A stretch of DNA of 64,000 nt from assembly GCA_964304625.1 (NCBI GenBank), contig OZ199840.1, positions 321,912 to 385,911 on the forward strand, read 5' to 3'. Of this stretch, positions 26,301 to 39,649 are shown piece after piece. The first letter of the stretch is position 1. Each line of letters starts with the position of its first letter. The notes under the pieces are model-generated. The model made no database searches, was not told the origin of the DNA, and worked only from the letters and a program-made list of their open reading frames with translations. Origin of the DNA: Kudoa neothunni. Lineage: Eukaryota; Animalia; Cnidaria. A program made the translations under genes and the position numbers.

Positions 26301-26310
26301 AAGGGATTAA
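23305..26310 (+). CDS. Variable multi-FN3-like type I membrane protein, copy 2 (intact, 868 aa)
   Basis: Exons 23305-23338, 23378-23815, 23857-24438, 24481-24813, 24858-25160, 25200-25679, 25744-26064, 26109-26127, 26171-26188, 26232-26310. All introns GT-AG; 2607 nt open frame. Signal peptide MKISGFLYLVLGVIISS; TM IIIIACVAVVVVIAIVGIVVL; tail KKKRD*. Confidence 0.9.
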
Positions 26311-26474
26311 ATTAATTTTTGTTAACTATAGTTTATAGGTAATATTTATTAATAAAATTTTTCGATCACGTAACATTATTTGATATTTTGAATCATTAGT
26401 TGAATTTATTGTTTTTTAAAATTTGCATGAGGCTTTTGAGAGGAAATATGATCTCCGATATTTTTTTACAATTA

Positions 26475-28279
26475 AAGTAAACAACCAATTTTCCGTAATC
26501 CTCTCGGGATCATGGAAAAGTTACTGAAAATGCGTCAGTGATGTATTTTCCGTAACTTTCCGCGTGCGCCACAATTAAAAAAACAAACCTGTTTTAAAAA
26601 AAATTCATTTCATTTATACAATCATCTACCTTTATTTAAACAATATGTTATTTTATGTTAAATTTAATTATATTTTTAAATGTGTATGCTGTAATTTTAT
26701 GATGTGAATTCATTATTTCGTTCGGATAATCAATTCCTCTCTGTAGTATATTTTTTCTGCATGTTTAAACATTTAAACGAATCTTTTGATGATATAAATT
26801 CTACCACACGTTCATCTTCATTATCAAAATATATAGATTCAATAATCAAAAGAGTAAGCTTATCAAAGTGTTTTGATGTAGGCATATTGATTTCCTTTTT
26901 AATAATCTCGGAATCTCCAGCTGAGAATTCTTTATTGCTAAAATTAATATTTGATGAACGCTCGCATTCATGGGCTGCAGGAAACCCATATTTCCTGAAA
27001 CAATTAAATACAATATCCTTTGAAACAGCGTCCCAAGGTTCTTTAATTACTAACAATGTTTTAAGCGAATCTTGGGAGGATGTATTTATATCACTGTCAA
27101 TTGCAGCAATATTGTTTTCCATTGAATTATTTTTGTAATTTAATAGGAATAAGAAAATGATTCTATGGTCTAATAGTTGCAAAACGCCAGTTGAATTTTT
27201 TGTAAGTAATATAAGAGAGACATTGGACAAATGAATTTCGGCGTAGCAAGTGGCATTATTAAGAAGTAGCAAAACTTTCTTGTATTTCGTTTTGAATACA
27301 TTGTCAAAATTAGAAGGATATTTGTTAAATGTTTCCCAAATTATCTATTCTTTCCTTTTTGATTTGTATTTTACTATAAATATTTTAGAATTTTTAAAAC
27401 AACACGGTTTTTGTGATTCCCAATCACAAGAGATTCAATGAAAACTTCAGTCATAGATACATGTCGCAAACAGTAATTATTTTTTCGATTTTTTTTCTAT
27501 CGACAAAACATGGCTTTAAAAATAATGGACCTCTATGTTGTTAATAAAATAATGCAGTTGCGTCAAGGTTATGGATACAGTCATCGTTGTTACCTTTGAC
27601 TTATTCATTTTAGATTAGCAATTTCCTACAAAACATTAGCCAACATAAGCAGCATCACTATAGGTAGTGATATTCTTAAATTCCATCGTGATTTAAAACC
27701 AATAAATCAATTAGGGGTCATTACTATGCTTAGGTTCAATTCTTTTGTTAATTGGTTTTATTTATGTATATCATGAGCAGATAGTTCAATTTTTTGTTCT
27801 CTCAAGTAATTCACCCAGTTATATACTAAAGATCAATGTCGTGATTTGAACATGTTTTAAATTTTTTCTCCCTGAAAAAGTCAAGCCAGTTTATAAAACT
27901 CTCTCTCTTCCAAATCAAGATGATATCTAGAGTAGAAATAGAAAGAAGCTTAAATTTACGAAAAGTATTTTTTTATAATACTGTTTAGTATATTTTAAAA
28001 AAATCAATAAATTTATATTTTGGTATTATTATTTCCCCATTTTTAAATTTTCCAAATATTATAAATGTAAAAAAAGGCACATAACTAAATCCGCCAAAAG
28101 CTGAAAAGTTTTGTAAAATCGGTTAAGCGCTAATAATAGGAAAAAACCACTTTCCAATGTTAAATTTTTAAAATTGTTGTAAATTATCATTAAAACCATC
28201 AATAAAATATATGGTTTAAAATAGTAAAATAATATTTTAAAGGAAGTGTCTGAAATTACCGAAAATCGGTTACCTACTG
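26475..28279 (-). mobile_element. Decayed Tigger/pogo element
   Basis: TIR CAGTAGGTAACCGATTTTCGGTAA (reverse complement ending 28279, then TA) with a degenerate partner at 26475; LLLNNATC, LTKNSTGVLQLLD, NCFRKYGF. Confidence 0.8.
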
Positions 28280-28367
28280 TATATACACATTTCTTTTTTG
28301 GGGAAATTTAGGATTAAGGGATTATGCATGGATTAGTGCTGGTGCACACCACCAGCACTGCCTAAAT

Positions 28368-29812
28368 TAATATTTCCTACAAATTTTACACCCGTATCTC
28401 CATCCTAATTTCCCCGTTCGCTTCGCATCCTCTCTTCCACATGAATGTCAAGACTCAATTATACTTTTTATTTAAGTGTAAAAATATCTCAATGAAAAAT
28501 TTCTTATAACTAAAATTTTTATTATTTTTCTTTATATTTTAACATCAAATTTTCTCAAATACTTATAAAATAAATTAATACCAAAATGTTTTGGTTAATT
28601 AAATTTTCTATGCATAATTGAAAACGGATGAACATTATCTTTTCACTACTCATGACTTAACATTCAATGATTGAAGCTATTATTCATTCCAGCTTATATA
28701 TACCATTTTTAAGGAAGGTAATAAATAATTCTACTAAATTATGTTATTATAATTATTCCAAAATATTCAATTAAAAAAATAAATATAAACGTAATACTAA
28801 TGTATAAAAAAGTATGGTCGTTTAAATAAGTTCTGTACTTAAAGGTGAAAATGAAATGAGCTAATCAAAAATATCCTATTCGTATAGTTCACATGAAACA
28901 TTATTTAAAAATTAAATGTTATTTAGTATTTATTTGATCTGGCGGTTCTCTTGCTCTCGCTGGGTTTTCATAAGTAATTTAATGTAGGACCTTTTGTTGG
29001 GCTATGAAACTTGAAAATCGTTTTCAGAGTTTAATGAATTCCAACACTTATTATTTGTATTTAATGAAGTCGATAAACTTGTTTCATATGTTATCCTGTG
29101 ATGAATAAATCTAGCGGCTTCCTTATTCTATATTGACTCATATGTTAATTAAATTTTGAGGCTGTGGGTTAATAAAAATTCAGTAGATCCAAAAATATGT
29201 CTTCTAAATATACTTGAATAAAAATAACTAATATGTATTGTTAAAATTGGTATTCATTTAATTATGTGTATAAATGAATGCTTTGATCCTTGTTTTACCT
29301 ATACTCTAAAGAACAAATTAACATAGATTTACGTCATAAGAAAATTACAAATTCGAAAGTAAAACTTTGAACGTAAAATAATAAAAACTATACCGTTAAA
29401 TGATGGATCTCAAATTTAGACAGAAGACAAATTTAAAGTATATCGTGGTTTTATTTTCGTGGATTTAGATTATTCCTAAGTAGACAAAAATGTTGACAAC
29501 CTAATTAAAGCTTAATCATATAAATATGTTATTATGAAAGATAATAAAGTTACGATTTTACATGAAAATAGCGGTAGTTAGACTCTGTAAGCTAAACAGG
29601 CTTAATATTAACTATTATCTTACTGCGCTATTAGCTAGAATCAAACAGAATAAATCATCGAATCTAATATCAAAACAATCAGAAATATTATTGTACATTA
29701 CGTCCTTACATGATTTAAACGGAAACTAACGGAAATTATGAAATGAATAAGCTAAGATTAATTTTTAAATTTATTCTAGAATGACTCCCGCATCTCCCGT
29801 ACTGAAACACTG
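28368..29812 (+). mobile_element. About 1.45-kb non-autonomous hAT-like element, copy R2
   Basis: 8-bp TSD GCCTAAAT / GCCTAAAG (28360-28367, 29813-29820); right end GTACTGAAACACTG. Confidence 0.85.
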
Positions 29813-30149
29813 GCCTAAAGTATTCTCATATTGTCGCGAAGAGGAGATAAGCTCATAAAATAATTTGATATAGTCACTTCCACCAAGTTAATTTAATATA
29901 TGCAATAATCTGTCTGTCAGCTTTTTGTTTTTCTCGTTATTATTAATTTCATACATTTTTGTTCCATTATGTATTTAAATGAAATCATTACAGATCAAGC
30001 TGCAATTTGAGTCGATTCATGGGGACTATCGGAAGAAGCCGTATATATAAAATAAAATGTGCAAAATGCATTATTAATGAAAGTACCATTCATTAATTGT
30101 TTATATAGATATATATTTTATGAAAGTTTTAAAAATAAATTTTAGCGCG

Positions 30150-30720
30150 AAATAATCTGACAGGGAACAGCCTCTCAAATGGTTTCCATACAATTTGTGT
30201 AAATCTCATCCGTTCTTTTTAAATCGGTTTTATGTAAATTAATTTCAAATTGGTAACCATTCAGAGAAAAATCTTCCTACTTATTCAAATCATAGAACAC
30301 TTTTCCATAATATTCCGTATATTTTCTATCGTAGGTTAATCTCGACCGTAAGTAATTTTCTGGATAATACTAGATATTTGTCAATTCCATCGACAATCCA
30401 ACAAGATTAGCCGACTTAAATTCATCCTCGGTGTTATTGCTTCCTAAAAAAATAAGACCCATCATTTTTTGACAAACAAACTAGGAGAGCCAATTTTCCA
30501 TCGTGAGAGTTTAAGCGCTCTGAGTGAATTCTACAGATATATTTCATTCAATCAAGTAAAGGGTACTCTGAACCGATACACAGTAGTTTATATATACATA
30601 TGGATCGATTTAATAGTCTTTTCTCATTGATATTAAAATAAATTAAGGCCAAGATCTGTTTTAATGATAAATGCTACTCTTTAAAAATTCCCCATTTCTG
30701 ACAAAATATTTTTTTTGCGA
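30150..30720 (-). mobile_element. Possible heavily decayed non-LTR (LINE) endonuclease-region remnant
   Basis: Scattered peptides RVAFIIKTDL, TTVYR, DEIYTNCMETI*EAVP only; weak. Confidence 0.3.
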
Positions 30721-32029
30721 ATGCTGAAAAGAACATGCATGAATTATATTTATTATTGTGATTGATCATATAAATATCTGATAAGCATTTATAATACTTT
30801 TTAAACTTTAGCTAGAGTTTTAGATTTTTTAACAAGTTAATAAATTTTTTAAAATTATTTTTCGATAAAAACAAGTCTTGTAACAACATAAGATCTATAT
30901 TAACTAATGAAAACTCCATTTTTGAAACCGATTCGCGATTTCTTTTGATAGTCCTCGATAAACCGCCCAACCTGCAATTTAGCTATCATTACAGTTCGAT
31001 TTATTATCTTTTTCTATGTATGCGTTCGGATCAGTTGATATATCTCTGTTCATTATTAGTTCGTCATGATGTCTTCGTCCATCAGTCGCAATAACAAACG
31101 TAAATGCAGTAAATAACAAACAGTAGATCACTAACTAAAAGCTAACAAGGTTAACCCCCGCCGAGTAAACTCCGTCCTCTGAATAGCCAAACAAATGATT
31201 AACGACATTCACGATAATTATCACACGCCGTACTCAGGTGAAATCTAATTTTTTAATCTGTTAGATTATTGTTTATAATTAGAGACCGTAATTTTCGACG
31301 ACTATTTTTAAAAAATTTGACGATTATTTTAAACTCGCGCATGCGTGGCATTAAACTTTATTATCGAGCTAATGTCAATGAAATAAACATGAATATAATT
31401 TTCTATAAAATTTATCCTTAGAATATAATAATTAATGCATTCCCATTCATTCAAACGCTAGATTCACTGTATAACTTTTGAGAAAATTCATTCCACGTCT
31501 GTAGATGATAGCGATGTATGCACCGAATCTTGACCCACCCTAGATAATATGGAGTATTTCGATTTGTTAATTCTCTAAAATCCAGGTTCTATCATTTTAT
31601 CGTTTCAATAAAGTGAGAATTTCGACAACTCTTGCTGTGGAATTTCTCGTTGATCGATGTTACCAAATTTTGGTATATTTTTTAGATCAATTTCCTAATT
31701 TTAATCTGTTTATTCGCCCATATAACTGTCAAATCATCTGCTTTTTCTGTCCACAATGAAAAGAAAAAGTGATTGACGAATTATCTCGATTATAGTTGAA
31801 AACGTAATAATATTTTAAAAATTCGACGCTTTTTGACGTTTATCGATTTTAATCTAAAGTTACGGTCTTTATTTATAACCCTTATGAGAATTATAAATGT
31901 TTCTATACTGCCCTTAGATAGTTTTACCAGTCTTAGTACGCAGTTACGCGATATTTAATGCAAAATAAAAAAGGAACGTCGCAAAAATTTGCTTTCATAC
32001 TTCTGATGACCATGGTATAGTATAGTTAA

Positions 32030-34290
32030 CCTTCCAAATAAAATGGAGTAGAAATCTCTCCCACGTAATGTTCGAAGTCATTTTTTGACCTTATAAATAA
32101 AAGATCAATGTTTAAAATTCAGTCTAATCTTGTAACCTATTTTATAGTATAAATATAAGGAATAAATAGGTGTGTCAGTTAAATATAAAAAATTTTATTT
32201 CAACAATACCTTCCAAGTGAAAATGGGATAGAAATCTACCCCAGCCTTTTTTTGTTAAAGTAGTTTGAAATATAATGTTATATAATATTAATTAGTTTTT
32301 ATAAATTCTATCGATTAGATATCGAGTAATTCAAGAAACTTTATTATTAACTCACTGGCGCACATGCTCTCCTCTGGTTTTGTGTGCGATGAGTTCGTGC
32401 GAATTCACTGAAAGTTGTTCAAACTCCGACTCATCGGGCACTTATTACGGTCTTTGGATGAAGAATCTTCAGATAGACGCGATTTTTATATAAATATTCC
32501 AATCAACAATCTTATTGAAAAGAATGGGACATTATGGGAGACTGAAGCTCCATTATCTACTCGAACACCAGCCGAAAACCACTTGTATAATCGTTTCGGC
32601 ATTTCAACCTTCATAAAACAGAATATTAACTCGATGGTCGATACATTTCGGATATTCTTCAATCAATAAATGTACGACCTGATTTTAAAATACACGAATC
32701 AATCTGGACCCCACATTTATGGTGATACGTAGATACAACTAGACGCGTTTATTTGTTGTTTGTTAGTGATGGGTGTCCACAAAAATAACCAAGAACCGTT
32801 AAAAGAATTGCTTAATCCTGAAGAGGGTAGAAAAGTATACCGTGATTTGTTTTCTCTCAATAGATTCTGTCAAATCATGCGTTCCCCTCATTATGATGAC
32901 ACAGAAACAAGAGAAGTAAGGAAGGCTGGGACTAATTTTGCCATATACGTGAGATTTGGGGAAGTTGGATAGATTTATTTGCTTCACGTTTCCGCCCATA
33001 CGAGGATATTTGCAGTGATGAGTAACTTGTTGTTTTTGGGCGTTGTTGTAAATTCAAACAATATATGCCAATGAAACCCCCCAAGTGTGGGATAAAATTT
33101 CTCTTGTTAGTGGATCATCCTCTATCGACTTATGTATCCAATATATGTCTATATCCGGGAAAGCGTAGTTGTGACGCTGTAAGAGCTACAAATGCAGGCA
33201 AAGAAATCGTGTTACATTTGATAGAGCCCTTCAAGGTTCGGGACGAAATTTGATATGCGATAATTTTTTTACGTCTGTAGGATTGACGGATAAATTGTTG
33301 ACCCAACAAATTACATTGGTGGGAAAAATATGCTCTAATAAACGAGAGATTCCAACTTATTTGAGGCCCACTGGAGCAAACATCGTAAATTCTTCTCTTT
33401 TTGTTGTTAAAAACAAAAAGATGATATTGTGATATTTGACAAAGAAAAACAAGCATATTTATATGCTCTGTACTTCTTCATCAAATACAAACATAGCTGA
33501 TGAACCACCACATAAGCCAGAAGTTAAAACTAATAACAACTCACTCAAGGATGGAGTTGATACCATCACGAGAATGTTGACATCCTTTATTGTAAAAAGG
33601 ACCACCAGACGTTGGTCTCATGTATTTTTCAACGCGTTAGAAATCTCGTTGATCAATGCTTTCTGTATTCATAAGGAAATATTTAATTCTGCGAATCTAC
33701 TGAGGAGAGATTTTGTTAAAAAATGGCCGAAGAAATGATCTCCCCATGATATCTAAGAATTGCCAATATGTGAATAATGTTCCACTAATTCGAAGAACAG
33801 GCACAATTAGTCAAACCAACCAAAATAATGGAAGATGTCAATTGCTTGGAAGCAACGACGGCATAAAAACTGTCAATGGATGTGATGTTTTCTCTGCGTT
33901 TTCCTGTAAAAAAAACATTTTTGACATGTTTCAAGAAATAACACCATTTTCTCGTCATATTTGTTGATTCTTGTGTAAATATTACATTTATTAGTGCGCG
34001 ATAAACTGACAAAAAATATTTTGCGTTAAAAGAATATCTTCAAGTTAAACAAGTAAATTTACTGTTGATAAGACAAGCGCGTACAGTGAAAAGCACTAAG
34101 TACTTTATAATCGGCGCACGGGGCTAATAATAATGTTGCTTGAATTATTTGAAATCAATTCAATAGAATTTATTAAACTATTTGAGATTATATAACTTTA
34201 TATTTCAAGAAATTTTAGAAACAAAAATCTTGGGTAGATTTCTACACCATTTTTACTTGGAAGGTGTAAATTTTCGTGTGACCCAGAAGG
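32030..34290 (+). mobile_element. piggyBac element with decayed PGBD-type transposase
   Basis: TTAA at 32026-32029 and 34291-34294; CCTTC termini; subterminal repeat CCTTCCAAGT.AAAATGG..TAGAAATCTACCC at about 32209 and inverted at 34231-34265; YMPMKPPKCGIK, DNFFTSV, GVDT, RRW. Confidence 0.88.
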
Positions 34291-34682
34291 TTAAAGTTGA
34301 AATGAACAAAAAAGTTAAGCTCTGATGTCTATGATATTGTGATATAATTAGAGTTACGAATATCTAAAAAAATTCTGCTCCAAAAAGAATAAACCTGAAA
34401 GTGTGTTTACTACTACATTCCCAGTCATTTTGTAAGTATTTATCGATACCTTCTTTCTCTTAATAGGATGGCCTTTTTCCAAAATGTTTTTTACCGCGAT
34501 TAAATATTAATAATTAATTTTAAAAATATAGTATAGTATTTAATTCTTTATATGTTGTCGCATGTTTTTCTAAACGTTAGAATTAGTCGTATACATTGTT
34601 TTCGTGGTGGAATAAAATATAAAAATATAATGTGTGTAGTATCGTTACTATGAGCATTATTGCAGGCGCTAACATTAGCGCA

Positions 34683-35325
34683 ATGGCGAATTTGAATCTT
34701 TTGGAGGGAAATGATGTGAACTCTTGGATGACCAAATTTGATATGGTCATGCTCCATAGAAAGATTTCCAAGGAGAGATAGACGCTAGAGCTCCTTGTTT
34801 TATTGGCATCACCTGTCTTTTCAGTCATCCAGGTGACTGGTTTTGGTATTCAAACTCCATATGAAACTATAAAAGAGTTTCTAAAAGGTATATATGGAAC
34901 AATCAAAGATACATTTGTGTCCCAACGAGAATTCTACACATGTGTTCAAAATGAAACTCAGAGTTCAGTTGAGTTCGCGGAAGATATGCGAGGGAAGGAA
35001 AAGAGGCTTATCCAATGATACCTCATGTACAGCTCGACGAAATACCAAAGAATCAATTTGTTTACGGTTTAGCATCTGCAGAAACGAGGAAGAGCTTGTT
35101 GGTGACAGATCCGTCATGTTTAAACGAAACGATGGTTTTTGCTCAAAAGTTAGAATTGGCTGTAAAAAAAGTTGATATTATTGATGAAAAAAACTTGTGA
35201 CTCAATTGGTATTTTTTTAAAAAGAACGATATGCTGAACAAAATATTGAGCGGATTGAAATCGTTGGAAAATAGAAAGAAACGAGATAAATGTTATAATT
35301 GTGGTAAGCTTGGTCATTGTAAACA
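34683..35325 (+). mobile_element. LTR retrotransposon (Ty3/gypsy-like) gag remnant
   Basis: WMTKF..., FYTCVQ.ETQSSVEFAEDMR, NQFVYGL, truncated Zn knuckle CYNCGKLGH; stops and frameshifts. Confidence 0.65.
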
Positions 35326-35773
35326 CAGCTTCTATCAAATTTCCAAGACAAGTATGCTCTAATAATTTGATTGATTGTTATTTAGTTATTTGCTTTATAA
35401 CATACAAAATTAATGGAAATAGAATTAATCTTATAATCTTTGTGCATGTACCATTGTTGTGGAATGAAACGCTATCATATTAATTCAGAATTATTACCTT
35501 AAAATGCTAAATAAAATAAATGATTGATATAATTTTGATTGTAAATAATAAGTATAATATTTTCGATCATTTCTGAAGCTCTTCTTAAGCCAAAATTACT
35601 ACTGGATAATTTTCAGCCTTAATCGTTATTGGTTTTTAACAACAATAGGTGTACGCGATTCATTGATAATGATAGTTCGAACCCGATTAAGAATTAATGA
35701 ATAAAATTATTCACGAATTACCTAACACAACTATAATCTACCTTTTATATTAAGAAATTAAATTAACCCGAGT

Positions 35774-37293
35774 ATGAAGTTTTACTTAACAATCTTCATC
35801 TATATTATTTTAACCTTCATACCTTTTTCTTCTCTAAATAGTAATTCAACTTTATAAAAACTCCATTCTCAATAATTTTAGAAAGTACCAAATATGAATT
35901 TAGTAATGAAAAAAATTATAGAATACCGTTAAGATTATATCCTATAAGATATTATCTTGATAAAACGACAGCTACATGCAAAAAATTTGAGTACAGAGGA
36001 GCTGGTGGGATTAACTTCAATAATTTTGCGTCACTAGAAGAATGCAACAAAGAATGTACTCTTACACTTTATTATTTATATATATGATGAATTAGTTGAA
36101 TATGACTATGCGAGCCGTGTTGATGTTTGCACAGATAGTAATACTTCTACAGAAGAACTTAATAACAATGGGGACGAAGATTTCAACGTTTGTGAAAAAA
36201 CTCTCCTCACCAGATATTATTTCAAAAAAGGCACTGGTACTGAGGCAGGAGAATGCAAACCATATAATTATAAGGGATGTAATGAGCCTAAATATTCGTT
36301 TCCAAGTGAAGATGCATGCAAGGGCATGTGCACAAGTAATGTATTATTCATTTGTGGTATTTTTAATTTAAAATAGCGAAAGTATCACCGCTCCCAAAAC
36401 CAAACAAGGTTGACTGCGAAGTGGGTGCGATTTTAACCTCAACTGCAACGGGTGCAGAAAGAGAAATCAAGATCGTACGTGACAGTGAAAAGTCTACATG
36501 TGTCCATGCGATAGTAGACAAAACAAATGGATTACGTGGTGTCTTCGAGTCATTTTCTCAATGCCAAAAGAAGTGTCACGGTAATAAAAATAAATTAATT
36601 AAATAAGATTAATAAATGAATTTAGTTGGTGCCGTCGCAACTAAAAGATGCGAATCTGCCCCATATCAACCAACAACTGAAGGGCACATAACAACTAAAT
36701 ATTATTATAATTCAAAAAATAAATTCTGTATGCAAATGTTGGCGGTCGATATTGAAGTAGATTCAACCAAAAATTATTTCGATACTGCTGGAGAATGTAT
36801 TAGTGCCTGTCCAGCTCGTATGTTTCTGTTATAACCTAAATTATATTATTTAATTTTTAAAGTTAACGACGATCCAACAGAAACCAATTTTCCCGATATA
36901 TCCCCCGTATGCAGCGAACCAAAAGAATCTGGTAATGGAAATGAAGCAAGCACACTGCCAAGATGGTACTATAATGATACACAAAAGGCGTGTAAACGAT
37001 TTGCATATACTGGAATTGGTGGAAACGCGAACAACTTTGAAAGCGAAGCTCTTTGCAATTACATTTGCATTGAAGGAATGATTGAAGTTACTTTACGCGA
37101 ACTAACAACTACTCCGGCAACTACAACTGAGACTACTACAACTTCTACGAGTGACGACGAATCTGAATCAACCTCTTCTGATACCCTTCCTGATTCACCA
37201 GTGGCTGAGGATCTCGATAACCACGAAGATACAACAAGTGAGCACGATCTAGCTGAAGCAGCGGAGGAAATCGAACAGCCGGATGAAGAATAA
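35774..37293 (+). CDS. Secreted protein with five Kunitz/BPTI-like domains and a Thr-rich/acidic tail, copy A (435 aa)
   Basis: Exons 35774-35840, 35882-36055, 36096-36335, 36377-36580, 36626-36817, 36863-37293; phase-1 GT-AG introns of 40-45 nt; signal MKFYLTIFIYIILTFIPFSS; RWYYN..C..F.YTGIGGNANNF.S...C...C. Confidence 0.88.
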
Positions 37294-38559
37294 CATACGA
37301 TATAACCTTATGCAATTATTACTTCTGAAATAAAATATATTACAGAATATTTTTATTATTTTTATAATTTATTAGTAAACATATTATTTAATGATATATT
37401 AGTTATTATATTTATTGATAACGTTATTTTATAGTGTTAGAATAGATCTAATTATTTTATTATTAAAATATCATCCATTTAATCAAACATTTTCTTAGAA
37501 AATTTAAGCTAAATTTATATTTTGAATACGCACATTTACTTTTTTATAATTCTTTGCAAAAAAGCCAGAAATGCTATAATGGAACTAATTTTATCAAATA
37601 ATTACCAAAAAATAATTTCTTAATTTATAAAAATTTATTTTGTATCCAATTATAAAAAACAAATTCCAATTATGTGTCGCCTTAATAATAATGAATAATT
37701 AAATTTGGCAGGGCACCTAGTTGACGCATGAGTTATAAAAGGTTGTACAATACCCTAGTTATTAGAATTTTCAACTTAATAATATAACTGCCTTATTATC
37801 ATTAAAAGCTTATTTGTTTGAAATAACAAATTTGTCGTTACCTATAAGTGCGTTAGAAATATACTGAGATTATATTTTTGTAGGTATATTTTCAGCTGCA
37901 TCATAATTACTACTTATAACTACATCGATTATTTAAAGCGGTGGTTTATTATTGTCAATTTATTGCGAAAAAGATGAATAAATAATCCAATGTCATGAAA
38001 GGAGGCAAATTTTTAATTCTGACAATTTCTAAAATAAGGAGTAAAATCAATTTATTGGATTTTCTCATTTTATAATTATTATAGCTATCGATCGATTTAA
38101 TTCTACTCTACATTTGGTATTTGTAGCCAATGATTATTTATGCAGAATAGTCGTCAAACTTGATTCTTGTGAATCCGGAAGTTTAGTGAAAATTTTAGCG
38201 AAGATTCTAAGCCACGCTTCAATCCTAGATATTGAGTTATACGAGAAGTTACCATTGGACGAAGTTGAGTCTACCTCATTTTATATATCTGCAGTATCAA
38301 CAGAAACCAATACTGAAAAAGGAAAAAAATTGAATAAGATTAATTATAATAATTCCAAAAACAAATAAGGCTATTATGAAGAGCCATTATCTTTTTCTGG
38401 CGATGACTTCGGTCGTATGGATTGTGTAGCACATAAAACAGTCAAAAATTATTAACCTATTGATTGTAATGTTGATTCCGAATAAATTGTAGAAAATAAA
38501 CCCGACTATAATTATAGCTTGATTTATGTCACTGTAGATGGTTGTGTAATTTGTTGGAA

Positions 38560-39460
38560 TAGAATATATAATAAAAACAGGAATATAATTATCGACACTT
38601 TGGACACCACCTCAACATCAGTTTATTTCTGAAGAAAAAGTGTAGATTCGCCTCAATCGTTATCGTTAGTAATTGAGACCAACAATGGCAGCATACGATT
38701 CTTTTATATTGATGGTATAACAAGGACAACTGAAAGATTCGATCAATCTGTAGTCACCCCCAGAACTGCTAGACATAAAGGGCGTGTATTTGGGCTGGTA
38801 TGTCACGCTGTTGAAGCAAGCCCACATAGATTGCATTATTGTGCAAGCGTTGGAGAGGATCGTTCTTATAATATGGAAACAATGTGAACAATAGCTTACA
38901 AATAAAAAAGTCTATTTTACATTATCAAGATTTTTTTCAATGACGATTGTGCCTCATTATGATTACAATACAGATACAGACAACAACGATTATTGGGTAG
39001 GTGGATATTGCGAATTTGTTGTTATGTATCCTTATTTTATAGTTTTATAAGGTGCAGTTCTATATTAAAGTCTTGAAGCTATTACGGAAACATTTTGAAT
39101 TATTTATTAAGGTAAAGTTTTATATGCTGAAACTTTTTAGAGTGAATGAACTATATCTACGAAAAAATCAGCCGAAAAAAGTCACGACATCATGCCGAAT
39201 CTTGGTAGCCGGTAAGTAGTATCCCATTACCCCCAAAAATATATCTAAGCAGTCAGTAAATCCTTATATTCTGTGTTGCATAAGCAGTAACACCTGGGGC
39301 TTTGTTCAAAATATTTTCTTTGCACACTTTCGATGTTTTTGGGGACTTCAGTATTCCATATTATACCATTTTTGTCGGAGTATACATCAAGGAATTCAAT
39401 ATCATTACCACCAGATTCGAAAGAATTATACGAGTTATCGCTATACTGTTCCACATCAAC
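38560..39460 (-). mobile_element. Probable decayed piggyBac fragment
   Basis: Acidic N-terminus with DKNGIIWNTEVP resembling EKNGTLWETEAP at about 32520; GGVQSVD-like motif near 38600. Confidence 0.4.
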
Positions 39461-39649
39461 GGATTCACTGCAGTAACTTTCAGAACTATCTGAATATAGT
39501 AAGGCCTCTGTTATGTGTTAGAGAAGGGACACGTATCCAAACCAACAAATAATACTAATAACTAATAAGGCCCTATATTCACGTTCGGGGTCCGCCATAT
39601 CTAATAAGGAATTTTAACAAACACTTTGTTTGTTATTTTTCCTCTCACA

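Noticed and set aside
23305-26310. Alternative genetic code or programmed frameshifting to explain the fragmented ORFs
   Set aside because: Canonical GT-AG splicing gives complete open frames for copies 2 and 4 and Kunitz A under the standard code.
28335-28359. Perfect hairpin AGTGCTGGTG...CACCAGCACT
   Set aside because: Isolated and wedged between two TEs; most likely a collapsed TE end, with no evidence of function.
38114-38368. 84-aa ORF as a host gene
   Set aside because: No ATG start, no recognisable motif, no exon chain that I could build.
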